Positions 50,495-60,743 of a stretch of DNA of 64,000 nt are shown one piece after another. The translations under genes and the position numbers were made by a program. Under the pieces are notes generated by a model. That model was given only the letters and a program-made list of their open reading frames with translations. It searched no databases and was not told the origin of the DNA. The DNA is taken from NCBI GenBank assembly GCA_965248535.1, contig CBDFJR010000002.1:192001-256000 (forward strand). The letters run 5' to 3'. Source of the stretch: Phormidesmis sp. (GTDB lineage Bacteria > Cyanobacteriota > Cyanobacteriia > Leptolyngbyales > Leptolyngbyaceae). Within the stretch, counting starts at the first letter, position 1, and every line of letters starts with the position of its first letter.

Positions 50495-51797
50495 GTCAAC
50501 TACCCCACCCACGAGGGGATGGGGCTTGTGATTCAAGTTCCCATTTCTGGGCAGACCACAATAGGCGGATTGACTGCCGCCCTGAGTTTTAGAAAATCGG
50601 CACGAATATTTACCGCAGCGTTGTGATCCGCATGGCATTCAAACTCACATTTCTTACACCGAAACTTAGCCTGAGACGGGCGATTCCCTCGCTCAATGTG
50701 TCCGCACCGGCTGCATTTCTGCGAGGTGTAGCGCGGGTCTACAAAGCCCACGGCTACGCCTCTGGCTTCAGCTTTGTAAGTGACGAATGCTTGGAACTGA
50801 GCAAAGCTCCATCCATGCAATCGGCGTTGTTGAGCCTTTCTCATCTTGGCTCTACCGCGAATGTTCGTGAGGTCTTCAAATACCAATGTTGCGCCACTCC
50901 TGACAGAGCGAGCCAAGCGCTTACTCAGCACATGGTCACAGTCTTTTCTGAAACGTCTCTGTCTGCCCGACAACTTTTTCAGATGTCGTTTGGCAGATTT
51001 CGTGCCTTTAGATTGCAGTCTGCGGCGCAACTCAAATGTCCTGTCTTCTATCTCCTTCCAATGGTCAGAGCCGTACTGATTTCCTCGACTATCCACCGCA
51101 GGAGAAACGATGCCCAAATCGACTCCCACAAACTCGTCGGTTGCAATCGTTTCAGGAGTTTCAATCTCCATGACAACGTGCAGCCACCAACGCTCTTTCC
51201 GGTCTTGCAGCAAGTCTGCGCTGGTGTTTTTCCAGGTCAGATATTGACGGTAATATTCAGCCACTTCAAAGGACAGTTTGACCCGTCCCTTGAGGCTGAG
51301 AATCGTCACTTCGCTGCGGTCAAACCAGATGGTGTAAGACCGCGCATCGTAGCGAATGGGGCAGCGCTTAGAGGTTGGGCAATTGACCGTCTTGCCCTTC
51401 TTTTTGAGGGTCTTAGCCGACTTCAAAGCCTCGGTTGCTTTGACTCGTGCAGCACAGACCAGTTGAGCAGGAAGTCCAGTCAAAGCGCGATGGTCGTAGT
51501 ATGTCGCTTTGTGCAGCTCTAAACCGTTTGCCAAGTCGTTTTCCCATCCATGCTTAGACACAGCATTGAACGACCAGGTGTATTGCTCAATCGTTTGAGC
51601 CAGCACCTGAGCCGTTTCGATGTCGGGTTTGAGTTGGATGCGAATCGCTCTTTGCATACAGATATACTACCATCATATATGGATAGAGTTATCTGTTTGA
51701 TGCAGAGATTAAGTGCGAGTCTGCGGGGCATCGAACCCCTTGACCCGCGCACCTATTTCTCCCAACCCATAAGGGGATTGGGTTTCCCGGTGACACT
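50495..51797 (-). mobile_element. IS200/IS605-family tnpB-only (IS1341-like) element with both ends
   Basis: Left end TCAT|agtgtcaccggGAAA-CCCAA..TTGGG hairpin; right end CAAG-CCCCATCCC..GGGTGGGG-tagtTGAC; no tnpA. Confidence 0.85.
50533..51657 (-). CDS. tnpB: RNA-guided endonuclease TnpB, intact
   Basis: RuvC-I VGVDLG, RuvC-II VFEDL, zinc finger CSRC/CKKC, RuvC-III ADHNAA. Confidence 0.93.
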   Translation of the reverse strand: MQRAIRIQLKPDIETAQVLAQTIEQYTWSFNAVSKHGWENDLANGLELHKATYYDHRALTGLPAQLVCAARVKATEALKSAKTLKKKGKTVNCPTSKRCPIRYDARSYTIWFDRSEVTILSLKGRVKLSFEVAEYYRQYLTWKNTSADLLQDRKERWWLHVVMEIETPETIATDEFVGVDLGIVSPAVDSRGNQYGSDHWKEIEDRTFELRRRLQSKGTKSAKRHLKKLSGRQRRFRKDCDHVLSKRLARSVRSGATLVFEDLTNIRGRAKMRKAQQRRLHGWSFAQFQAFVTYKAEARGVAVGFVDPRYTSQKCSRCGHIERGNRPSQAKFRCKKCEFECHADHNAAVNIRADFLKLRAAVNPPIVVCPEMGT

Positions 51798-51822
51798 ATG
51801 AAAACAATACCATCTATGCAGC

Positions 51823-52512
51823 TTAATCCTCCAGAATTGCACCGCGCTGTTTTAGATCGCGCCGCAGATCTTTAGAAAACTCTGTGTTTTGCCCAAAGCG
51901 AGTTTTCTCAACCTTTGCCCCGATCAGATCGGTGTCGAGAAGAATGGCTCCTCTTAGATCAGCGCTGCTGATGTCTGCCCCATAGAGACTCGCCCCACTC
52001 AGATCGGTGTTGACTAGGTTGGTGCGGCGCAGATCGGCGTGACCAAAGTTTGCCTCGCTCAAATTTGCGCCAAAGAGATTGGCTCCGGTGAGCGTGCTAC
52101 GACGGATATCGGCATAGCTGAGGTTGGCATTCACCAGGTTTGCACCAGTCAGATTTGCGCTCACGATCGTCGCTTTCATCAGATTTGCAGAGGCTAAATC
52201 TGCCCCAATCAACGAGGCTTCACTCAGCGTGGCGTTAATCAAATTTGCGCTGATCAGGTTGGCGCTAATCAGGTTGGCTTGAGTGAAATTGGTGTTGATT
52301 AAATGAGCACCAACCAGGTTGGCACTCACCAGATCAGCCCCTGACATATTTTTAGAGCGCAGGTCGATCGCGCTTAAATTTGCCTGTGAAAAATCTTGAA
52401 GCGGATTTAGCCCCGCGATCAGTGCCAGATCAAAAAAGTCGTCGGTGTCGGCTGCCTCAACGCGATCGATCAGTTCTCGAAGACGCTGGAGAGATTGATC
52501 TTTGGTCATCAT
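51823..52512 (-). CDS. Pentapeptide repeat protein
   Basis: Many A(N/D)Lxx repeats; ends LKQRGAI. Confidence 0.92.
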   Translation of the reverse strand: MMTKDQSLQRLRELIDRVEAADTDDFFDLALIAGLNPLQDFSQANLSAIDLRSKNMSGADLVSANLVGAHLINTNFTQANLISANLISANLINATLSEASLIGADLASANLMKATIVSANLTGANLVNANLSYADIRRSTLTGANLFGANLSEANFGHADLRRTNLVNTDLSGASLYGADISSADLRGAILLDTDLIGAKVEKTRFGQNTEFSKDLRRDLKQRGAILED

Positions 52513-52684
52513 CTTTTTCCCTAACTGAGACCAGGAGGAACGAGGTGCTGCCTTCAGTTAGGTAAGACTACAGACCACTGCGAATGAATTTCGCAATGGA
52601 CTAAAAGAAAAAGATTGATCGGCTCACGGTGGGTGACTGAGGTTTTGACCCATTCAATTCTGGGGACTAGGGGCTAGCTAACCC

Positions 52685-52873
52685 TCAAGTCGTCTGTGAA
52701 AAATGCCGCGCAATCAGTCTTTCGATGATGGCTCTTTTGTTGTGGCTAAGATTTTTTAAAGTTGATCTGTCTAGGGCAGGCGCTTGATTTAAAGCAAGTT
52801 CGGGCGGGTTAGAGACGAGGTTGCGTTCTGGTGCGGTTAGCCCGTTATCTAGGGGTTGATCTGAGTCAGACAT
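52685..52873 (-). CDS. Small hypothetical protein
   Basis: 62-aa ORF from ATG 52873, co-oriented with both neighbours; no recognised motif. Confidence 0.35.
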   Translation of the reverse strand: MSDSDQPLDNGLTAPERNLVSNPPELALNQAPALDRSTLKNLSHNKRAIIERLIARHFSQTT

Positions 52874-53082
52874 AGCTATCACAAAGAATGATTTCAATCT
52901 AGCTCGGCGGACTGCGGGTTAGACTCCACAATCGCCATCCAAAAGCGTCGGCCACCGTCGCCTAGTTAATCACCAAAAACCAACCCATGACTCGATCGGG
53001 CGACCGCCTTTCTTCAACGATAACACTCCCGTCTGGTGATGCCGACCCCCACATCAAACCTTCATGCAGGGGGTGCCTGACC

Positions 53083-55797
53083 CTATTTTTCGGTCAATGC
53101 CCAAGCTCCGTCCCATCCATCAGTGGGGGGATTTTTGAGCCAGTGTTGACAGCGCTCCATGTGCAGAGCCGCCGCTTTGTCGTGGCTATCAGTTTCTAAA
53201 ACCATGGCAAACTCGGCCACTGCGGAGGCAAATTTTCGGGCTAAATAGTGCCGTCGGCCTTTTTCATAGTGCTCAATCACTTGCTGTTTTTGGTCAGAAA
53301 CCGTCTCGGATCGCAGCCCCACGAGTTCATAAATGGCAACCGGATTATTTTTGCCTTTGACTTTGATAAAGTCGAGTTCTCGCGTCCAGACGCGATCGGC
53401 GCAGGGGCGATAGGTGCTTTCGCTGATTACAATATCGGTGCCATAGAGTTTGGTGGCTCCTTCTAAGCGAGAACCGAGGTTGACCCCATCCCCGATCGCG
53501 GTGAATTCCATGCGTTTGCTACAGCCGATGTTGCCACTAATGACAGTATCGGAGTTGATGCCGATGCCAATTTTGATGGTTTTCTTGTTTTGTGCCTGAC
53601 GCTTGGCGTTAAAGTCGGCAAGCCGATGACGCATCTCAACAGCAGTTTGCACCGACATCCATTCGTGGTCATCTAAGGGCAACGGTGAGCCAAACACCGC
53701 CATAATCGCGTCGCCGATATATTTATCAAGAATGCCTTTGTGGGCAAACACCGCATCGACCATCGACTCAAAATATTGATTGAGCAGTTCGACGACTTCT
53801 TCAGCCCCCAGCGTTTCAGTGAGGGATGTATAGCTGCGAATGTCAGAAAATAGAACGGACACTTCTTTGCGATCGCCCCCCATCTTGGCAGCATCAGGGT
53901 TTTCTAGCAACTGCTCTGCCAGTTCTTGAGTCATGTAGCGATACATCGTGCTCTTGAGCCGCTTTTCATCGCTGATGTCATCCATAACAACTAGCGCACC
54001 AGAGATTTTTCTGCTGTCGTTGGCATCGGCGATCGTGTTAACCGATAGGTTAATGCTGTGCTGTTCTTCTCCTTGAGCGGGCTGCAAGGTCTGGTCGGGA
54101 TAGTATTGCTGGCGATTTTTGTCATTGAGTGACATCGCAAGCCACTTTGAGAAATCTGCTTTCTCGATGTGCACAAAATCTGCGATTGATCGCCCCTCTA
54201 GCAGATAATTGCTGTCTAAGCCCAAGAGTTTCTTCGCGCTTTCGTTAGCGGCAATGATGTGCCCTTCTTTATCGGTTGAGATCACCCCATTGGAGAGCGA
54301 TCGCAAGATGTCTCGCTGCATCTGCTCTTGCTGTTTGATTGTCTGAAACAGTTTGGCGTTTTGCAGGGCAACCCCTGCCTGAATGTTGAAGGTCGCCATA
54401 AACTCCTGATCGCTGCGATTAAAGCTAGCTTTCCAAAATTCAGGCGCTGCGGGCCAATTGCGGGGATCGTAATCGATCGAGTATCCCTGCTTATTTTTAT
54501 TGACAAGTTGAGTCACCCCAATCAGATCACCATCTGCGTTGCGAATCGGCATACACAGGAGGCTACAAGTTCGATAGCCTGTGGCTTGATCGGTCTGTTT
54601 GGCGGTTTCGGCTCCCTCGTGATCGTAGAGATCATAAGGAATGTTGATCACTTCACCCGTGGCGGCCACTTGACCCGCAAAGCCCACCCCGATCGGAAAG
54701 CGCAACTCTTTTAGGGTGCCGTCTGCCATCATGATCCGAGTCCAGATTTCGGCGTGATCGCGGTCAATCAGCCAGAGGGTGCTGCGATCGGCGTTCATCA
54801 GTTTTTTGGCTTCATCCATCACCCGCTTGAGAGTGTCATCCAAGTCCAAACTGCTTTGACTGAGGGATTGAGTGGCTTTGATCAGGGCGTTGGCGGCTCG
54901 TTGCTTTTGGGTGGCGATGTAGAACGATCGAGAAGACTCTAAAATCAGCCGAATCGAGGGCGCAAATTCTACAAAAAGCTGCTCATCGTGGTGGGTGAAG
55001 CCATGCAGGTCAATTCGCTCGTCTAGGGGGGTTGAGCGATTGCTCTCTGGCTTGATCTTATTGATGAGTTGAATCACAGCTACGAGGTCGTCATCGTCGT
55101 TAAGCAGCGGCAACGTCAGCATCGTGTAGGCTCGATAGCCCGTCTTGTGATATTGAATCTTGGCTTGCGCCGATCGGGGGTCTTCAAAAAAGTCGTAGGG
55201 AATATTAATGCCGCGTTTAAAAGTGGCGGCTTCTCCGGCGATGCCCTGATCGATCGGAAATCGGATTTCTAGAGTGCGTCCTTGACTGCTGTCGGTGACC
55301 GTGGTGTAGAGTTCACTTTTCTCTTCGTCGAGCAGATAGATTGTGGTGCGATCGGCGTTTAGCAACTCTCCAGTTTTGGTCGTGATCGAGTTGAGCATCT
55401 CTTCTAAGATCGTGTCAAACCCTTGTACATCAAGCATTGAGAGAGTCTGATTGACAATTCTCAGTTTTTGCTCAACCTCGTAGACAACTTCTTTAAACTT
55501 GTCTTGGGTTAGGGGCGCAAGAAAGGTCGCAAATTTGCCTTTGGGGGCGGCCAGCGAGTTTTTGGTGGTGATCAGGCTAGAGTCGGCAGGCAAGTGAGGG
55601 GCAATGCCAAAGGCAGATGGCTCTATGACCTCACTGCCCCAAAGCCCATCTCGATCGTGATATTGAGTGACCTCTACTGCCGTGGGACTGGTAGGCGTGT
55701 GATCGTTGATCAAAGGCGCGTGACTGTTGGTAATCGCCGCGTCTTTAGAGACATCATTAGAATTCCGGTTAGGTAGGTGGGGAGATGCAGGAGTCAT
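53083..55797 (-). CDS. CyaB1-type class III adenylate cyclase (GAF-GAF-PAS-cyclase-TPR-like)
   Basis: Two GAF domains (NADRTTIYL, NADRSTLWL), PAS, FSDIRSYT, DKYIGDAIMA, FTAIGDGVNLGSRLE. Confidence 0.92.
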   Translation of the reverse strand: MTPASPHLPNRNSNDVSKDAAITNSHAPLINDHTPTSPTAVEVTQYHDRDGLWGSEVIEPSAFGIAPHLPADSSLITTKNSLAAPKGKFATFLAPLTQDKFKEVVYEVEQKLRIVNQTLSMLDVQGFDTILEEMLNSITTKTGELLNADRTTIYLLDEEKSELYTTVTDSSQGRTLEIRFPIDQGIAGEAATFKRGINIPYDFFEDPRSAQAKIQYHKTGYRAYTMLTLPLLNDDDDLVAVIQLINKIKPESNRSTPLDERIDLHGFTHHDEQLFVEFAPSIRLILESSRSFYIATQKQRAANALIKATQSLSQSSLDLDDTLKRVMDEAKKLMNADRSTLWLIDRDHAEIWTRIMMADGTLKELRFPIGVGFAGQVAATGEVINIPYDLYDHEGAETAKQTDQATGYRTCSLLCMPIRNADGDLIGVTQLVNKNKQGYSIDYDPRNWPAAPEFWKASFNRSDQEFMATFNIQAGVALQNAKLFQTIKQQEQMQRDILRSLSNGVISTDKEGHIIAANESAKKLLGLDSNYLLEGRSIADFVHIEKADFSKWLAMSLNDKNRQQYYPDQTLQPAQGEEQHSINLSVNTIADANDSRKISGALVVMDDISDEKRLKSTMYRYMTQELAEQLLENPDAAKMGGDRKEVSVLFSDIRSYTSLTETLGAEEVVELLNQYFESMVDAVFAHKGILDKYIGDAIMAVFGSPLPLDDHEWMSVQTAVEMRHRLADFNAKRQAQNKKTIKIGIGINSDTVISGNIGCSKRMEFTAIGDGVNLGSRLEGATKLYGTDIVISESTYRPCADRVWTRELDFIKVKGKNNPVAIYELVGLRSETVSDQKQQVIEHYEKGRRHYLARKFASAVAEFAMVLETDSHDKAAALHMERCQHWLKNPPTDGWDGAWALTEK

Positions 55798-56234
55798 AAC
55801 GATTTTCAGTGAGAAGCTAGAGGAACGCTTTCTGTCTGAACAAAGGCAAAATTATAGAAGATCGATCCGTTGTTTAGGTCATAAGGGGCGTTGAGGTGCG
55901 CTCATCATTCACAAGACACGTTCAATCTAGGATGATTCTGGCACGATGACCAGAGACTAGATGTACCAGTTTCTACCAAGTGAGAAACCCTGTCGCGTCA
56001 CTTGAGCACTTCGAGTTGGGTGATCGGTTGCTGTCAGGGATTGCAGGGGATCGCGACCCTCGATCGCTCTCAGTAGAAAATTTACGATCGGCTCCAGTTG
56101 TGTAACAGTCTAAACCGTCTTGAGTCATGGATTCACTGTTCTCAAGATTCCCCGTCTGAGAATCTTTGTGCCGAACGACCTCAACTTTCTTGGCGACTGC
56201 CATAGAAAATGCCCGTCTCATCGCCCCGATCGCG

Positions 56235-58151
56235 CTACGTTTGCGTTGACTTAGCTGGCTTGAGTTTTTTGGCGGCTTTTGCTCTGGTCGATCGCGGTTT
56301 TCGCCCCGGCTCAGAAGCAGAATGATCGACCTGAACTGATCCATTTTCTCGGAGGCTGGCTGCCTGAGCCAGCAGAGACTCTGCAAAGGCAGAAGCCGCA
56401 TCTTCACTAGAGCCGTTGGTAGAATCGTTGGATTGCCCCCCTGCGAGTTGTGCTAGCTCTTCTCGGCGCTGCTGACGATCGAGAGCGCTGACTCGCACCA
56501 CTGTCCGAATTTCAGGACTATCTACCGCAGACCCATTTTCTTCGGCATTTGCTGCCTTGCGCTTTTTGCCTTTGGCAGCCTGGCCGTTGCCGTTGAAGTC
56601 GATCACCTGCTTATCGACATGGAAATGGTGATCGGCCATCGCCGCCACGATCGGCTGGTGAGTCACACAGAGCACCTGATGATGACGACTGAGGTGATGC
56701 AGCTTTTCGGCGATCGCTTGGGCAACCCGTCCTGACACGCCGACATCGATTTCGTCAAAGACCAGCGTTCCGACCGAATCGATCTGGGAAAAGCAGGCTT
56801 GTAATGCCAGCAGAAAACGGCTCATCTCTCCGCCTGATGCCGTTTCGGTCAACGATTGCAGCGGTTCGCCAGGGTTGGGGCTGAATAAATAGGTGATGCG
56901 ATCGGCTCCTGCTGGAGTCGGTGAGATGGGTGTGATCCCCACTTGAAACTGCACTTTTTCCATCGCTAAGGGTTTTAGTTCGGCTACCAGTCGATTTTCT
57001 AAATCTTTAGCGGCTGTTTGACGCAGGTGCGTTAAGGCGGCACACAGGTCTGTCAACTCAGTTTTGCGATCGTGGGCAGCTTGTTCGAGTTCTTCGAGCG
57101 ATTGTCCGGCTCCGGTGAGGCCTTCTAGTTCAGCCTGGAGCGATTGTTGGAGGGCGATCGCGTCGGCCAAGCTCGGCCCATATTTACGGCAGATCTGCTT
57201 CAGTTCAATCATCCGCTCTTCGACTTCCTGCAAGCGGCGGGGATCGGTTTCTAGACTGTCGCCATAGGCGTTGATCTCTTGCCCAGCTTCTTCAACCTGG
57301 GCCAGGGCTGAGGTAACAAGATCTAACACAGGCTGAATCTGCTCGTCATAGCGCAGCATATCTGTCAGCAGTGACTGAGCCTTGCCCAACAGATCAGAGC
57401 ACGCATCGTCACCGTTCTCATTTTGGTAGAGGGCTTGATAGGCGAGATAGCTCTGCTGCTGCAACTCGACGCTGTGACCGAGGCGTTTTCGCTCTTGATC
57501 TAGCTGATCGAGTTCGTCAGGGTCATTGAGGTTGGCAACGTTGAGTTCTCGGAGTTGATATTCAAACAGGTCAAGCTGTTGCAGCCGCTGTTGCTCTGAG
57601 TGACGACGCTTTTCGAGGGCTTGAGAGGCTTGTTGATAGCTCGATAGTGCCTGACTGACGACCTCGCGCTGTCGCTGAATTGCGGCACCCCCAAAGCTGT
57701 CTAGCCAGTCTCTTTGCAGACTGGGCTGACCGAGTTGCACGGTTTGCCCCTGAGCGGTGATTTCGACGAGGCGATCGCGCAGCGATTCCATCTGCTGTTT
57801 GTTGACCAGCACGCCGTTGACCCGCGATCGATTGCGCTGTCCGCCGCTGCCGTTGGCGACGATTTCCCGCGTGCAGACGAGCAAAGACCCATCTAGGGGA
57901 TCGATCTGCTCCTGTTCGAGCCAGGTTTTCATGGCAGCATCAAGCTCAAAGGTGGCCTCGACCGAGGCCCGCTCTGACCCAGTGCGAACGGCTCGGCTGG
58001 TGACTTTGCCACCCAAAACGGCATCGATCGCATCTAAGATAATGGACTTACCCGCGCCCGTTTCACCCGTCAAGACGTGCAGCCCTGCGCCAAAGTCCAA
58101 TTCTAAACGGTCGATTAAAGCAAAGTTTTCGATTTGCAGAGACAGCAACAT
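56235..58151 (-). CDS. recN: DNA repair protein RecN
   Basis: IENFALID, TGETGAGKS, ASGGEMSR, FDEIDVGVSG, VTHQP. Confidence 0.96.
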   Translation of the reverse strand: MLLSLQIENFALIDRLELDFGAGLHVLTGETGAGKSIILDAIDAVLGGKVTSRAVRTGSERASVEATFELDAAMKTWLEQEQIDPLDGSLLVCTREIVANGSGGQRNRSRVNGVLVNKQQMESLRDRLVEITAQGQTVQLGQPSLQRDWLDSFGGAAIQRQREVVSQALSSYQQASQALEKRRHSEQQRLQQLDLFEYQLRELNVANLNDPDELDQLDQERKRLGHSVELQQQSYLAYQALYQNENGDDACSDLLGKAQSLLTDMLRYDEQIQPVLDLVTSALAQVEEAGQEINAYGDSLETDPRRLQEVEERMIELKQICRKYGPSLADAIALQQSLQAELEGLTGAGQSLEELEQAAHDRKTELTDLCAALTHLRQTAAKDLENRLVAELKPLAMEKVQFQVGITPISPTPAGADRITYLFSPNPGEPLQSLTETASGGEMSRFLLALQACFSQIDSVGTLVFDEIDVGVSGRVAQAIAEKLHHLSRHHQVLCVTHQPIVAAMADHHFHVDKQVIDFNGNGQAAKGKKRKAANAEENGSAVDSPEIRTVVRVSALDRQQRREELAQLAGGQSNDSTNGSSEDAASAFAESLLAQAASLRENGSVQVDHSASEPGRKPRSTRAKAAKKLKPAKSTQT

Positions 58152-58592
58152 GGGCAAATTTCAGGCTGGAGAGTTAGACACTGACTGATTGAGAGAGCAG
58201 TCTTACGATCGCCAGGTCAGACACAAAAGAGTGGTCTGTAGACATCTAAACGTGATCAGGGCATCCGTAAAGGTGCCCAACTCAATGTTAACGGTCAGTG
58301 AACTGATGAGGGGTTCTTTTTCGCGGTTGGGATAGTAAATTTGTCTTGTTCTAGTCGGCAAGCTTTCGAGATTAGCGTCTTTCACGCTTTGTGTTGACGA
58401 CACGGGTGCTGTCATTCACCTAGTTTGAGAGACATCAGCCCCGGCTAAGGGGAACTCTCCATCCAAGAGTTCGGAAATCCTGCTCTCTCAACTAGTCAGA
58501 CGTTTCTAAAGAAATGATTAACTGGAAGAGAAGAAGTCTGTGAGCTTGTTGTTACAATACTTCATATACCGTTTCAATCCGGTTTTAATTGC

Positions 58593-60659
58593 ATGAGTGT
58601 CATGAACGTTAAGTCTGCTTCTTCTACGACCACCGCCTCAGGGCACCCGATCGCGGATGCTGATCGAGCAATGGCGGACTTATCCACCGTCATGACTGAG
58701 CATGAATCTGAACGTTTGACCGAAGAAGCCCTCTCTGAGCAGATGGCTCCGAGCATTCACTACGATCCCGATGAGATTGCGGCTCGCTATCGCCAGCAGC
58801 CTTTTAAGGTTTTTGCGAGAACTCTGAGCATCTTTCTGCCCTTTGTCTGGTTTGCCTTGCGTCTGTGGTGGGATCGCGTCACGGGGGGCGGCGATCGGGC
58901 CCAAAAAGGCCAAGCCATTCACCTCCGCGAAATGCTGACTAAGCTAGGGCCTGCCTTCATTAAGATTGGTCAGGCACTATCGACTCGCCCCGATTTGGTG
59001 CCCCCCAACTATTTAGAAGAACTCACCAAGCTGCAAGATCAGTTGCCGCCCTTTCCGAACGAGATTGCATTCCAATTCATTCGAGAAGAACTAGGGGCTG
59101 ACCCTGATCAGATCTATGCAGAACTTAGCCCTCTGCCGATCGCCGCAGCTTCTCTGGGTCAGGTCTATAAGGGCAGACTCAAGACGGGCGAAGAGGTGGC
59201 AGTGAAAGTACAGCGCCCTGGCTTGGCCGAAAGCATCGCCGTTGATATGTATATTCTGCGAAGGATTGCGGCTTGGGCAATGACCAACATTAAGCGGGTG
59301 CGGAGCAATCTGGTAGCGATCGCCGACGAGCTAGCAACCCGCATCTTTGAAGAGACTGACTATAACCAAGAAGGACGCAACGCCGAACGCTTTGCCGCCC
59401 TCTATGGCTATCTCCCCGAAATTTATGTGCCCAAAATCTATTGGAACTACACGGGGCGGCGCGTCTTGACCATGGAGTGGATTGCGGGCACCAAGTTGAC
59501 CCAACTCGATGAGATTCGCGCTCAGGGCATCGATGCAACCCACTTGATTGATGTAGGAGTGCAGTGTTCGCTGCGTCAACTCTTAGAGCATGGATTCTTT
59601 CACGCCGACCCTCACCCTGGCAATCTGCTGGCTATGGCAGATGGCAAACTCGCTTACCTAGACTTTGGCATGATGAGCGAAGTCAAACCCTATCAGCGCT
59701 ATGGGTTGATAGAAGCGATCGTGCACTTGGTCAATCGAGATTTTGATGGCTTGGCCCACGACTATGTGAAGTTAGAGTTTCTAACTCCCGACACGGATCT
59801 GACCCCGATCATTCCGGCTTTTGCCAATGTTTTTAATGATGCGTTGGGAGCAAGTGTTGCCGAGATCAACATCAAGAGCATTACCGATCAACTCTCGTCG
59901 TTGATGTATGAATATCCGTTTACCGTTCCGGCTTATTATGCGCTGATTATCCGATCGCTCGTGACGTTAGAAGGAATCGCGATTCATGTCGATCCAGAAT
60001 TCAAAGTCTTGAGCAAAGCTTATCCCTATGTGGCGAAACGGTTGCTGACCGATCAGTCTCCTCAACTTCGAGAGTCTCTTCGCGATCTGCTGTTCAAAGA
60101 TGGCAGCTTTCGGTGGAACCGTTTAGAAAACCTGTTGCGAAATGCGCGCAGCAATCAAGATTATGACCTTGATCAAGCCCTTGACCAAGCGGTTGATTTC
60201 TTGTTTTCAGAGCGGGGTGACTTCATTCGGGCCAATCTGGTGAATGAAATTATTAAGGGTCTAGACTCTCTCGGTCAGAGCGTTTGGGACACTGCAAACT
60301 ACCGATTTCGCAAACAGGTGGGCTGGAAGGCCGATCCAGTCACGGTCTCTGACAGTCAGAAGACCTTGGAGCACGTCAAGCATATTTGGGATATTTTGCG
60401 AGAAACCCGTGGCTTTGATCAGGGCAAACTGTTAGCGTTGTTGCCTCGGCTGCTGGCAAAACCCGAAACTCAGCAAATGGGTCAGAAGATTGTCGGCGGT
60501 CTGGCGCAAAAATTTGCCGTCCGGCTCTTGCGAGAGTTTTTGTTGAGCAATCAGCGATCGCCTCAGACTCCAGAAAAAGCCGCTTACCCGATTTCGCGCC
60601 CTGCTTTGCCTCCCGTTAGAGCAAACTCGGTCGTGCGAGTCAAAGCGGCTCAAGTGTAG
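58593..60659 (+). CDS. ABC1/AarF/UbiB family atypical kinase
   Basis: LGPAFIKIGQ, AAASLGQVY, AVKVQRP, FFHADPHPGN, DFGMM. Confidence 0.93.
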   Translation: MSVMNVKSASSTTTASGHPIADADRAMADLSTVMTEHESERLTEEALSEQMAPSIHYDPDEIAARYRQQPFKVFARTLSIFLPFVWFALRLWWDRVTGGGDRAQKGQAIHLREMLTKLGPAFIKIGQALSTRPDLVPPNYLEELTKLQDQLPPFPNEIAFQFIREELGADPDQIYAELSPLPIAAASLGQVYKGRLKTGEEVAVKVQRPGLAESIAVDMYILRRIAAWAMTNIKRVRSNLVAIADELATRIFEETDYNQEGRNAERFAALYGYLPEIYVPKIYWNYTGRRVLTMEWIAGTKLTQLDEIRAQGIDATHLIDVGVQCSLRQLLEHGFFHADPHPGNLLAMADGKLAYLDFGMMSEVKPYQRYGLIEAIVHLVNRDFDGLAHDYVKLEFLTPDTDLTPIIPAFANVFNDALGASVAEINIKSITDQLSSLMYEYPFTVPAYYALIIRSLVTLEGIAIHVDPEFKVLSKAYPYVAKRLLTDQSPQLRESLRDLLFKDGSFRWNRLENLLRNARSNQDYDLDQALDQAVDFLFSERGDFIRANLVNEIIKGLDSLGQSVWDTANYRFRKQVGWKADPVTVSDSQKTLEHVKHIWDILRETRGFDQGKLLALLPRLLAKPETQQMGQKIVGGLAQKFAVRLLREFLLSNQRSPQTPEKAAYPISRPALPPVRANSVVRVKAAQV

Positions 60660-60743
60660 CCAAAACTTCAGGCTCGACTTATTAGAAGCTTCTTAGCCCA
60701 AATTTTAGAAAATTTTGATCTGAATTTGGGTTAGGGAGCTTTT

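Noticed and set aside
50623..51522. 299-aa ORF antisense to tnpB; likewise 60862-61392 and 61301-61981
   Set aside because: Shadow ORFs fully overlapping a recognisable gene, with no motifs.
51790..51793. TCAC as the left-end target of the first IS element
   Set aside because: The guide tetranucleotide GAAA predicts TCAT, present 8 nt further out; TCAC would need GAAG. Not fully excluded without empty-site data.
55973..56203. 76-aa minus-strand ORF between recN and the adenylate cyclase
   Set aside because: No motif or clear RBS; cannot be distinguished from a chance ORF.
58420..58495. Hammerhead-ribozyme-like layout on the minus strand (GAA, hairpin, TT, hairpin, CTGATG)
   Set aside because: The core reads CTGATGT rather than CUGANGA, GAAA is incomplete, and extra bases separate it from stem II. 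Kept only as an unassigned structure.
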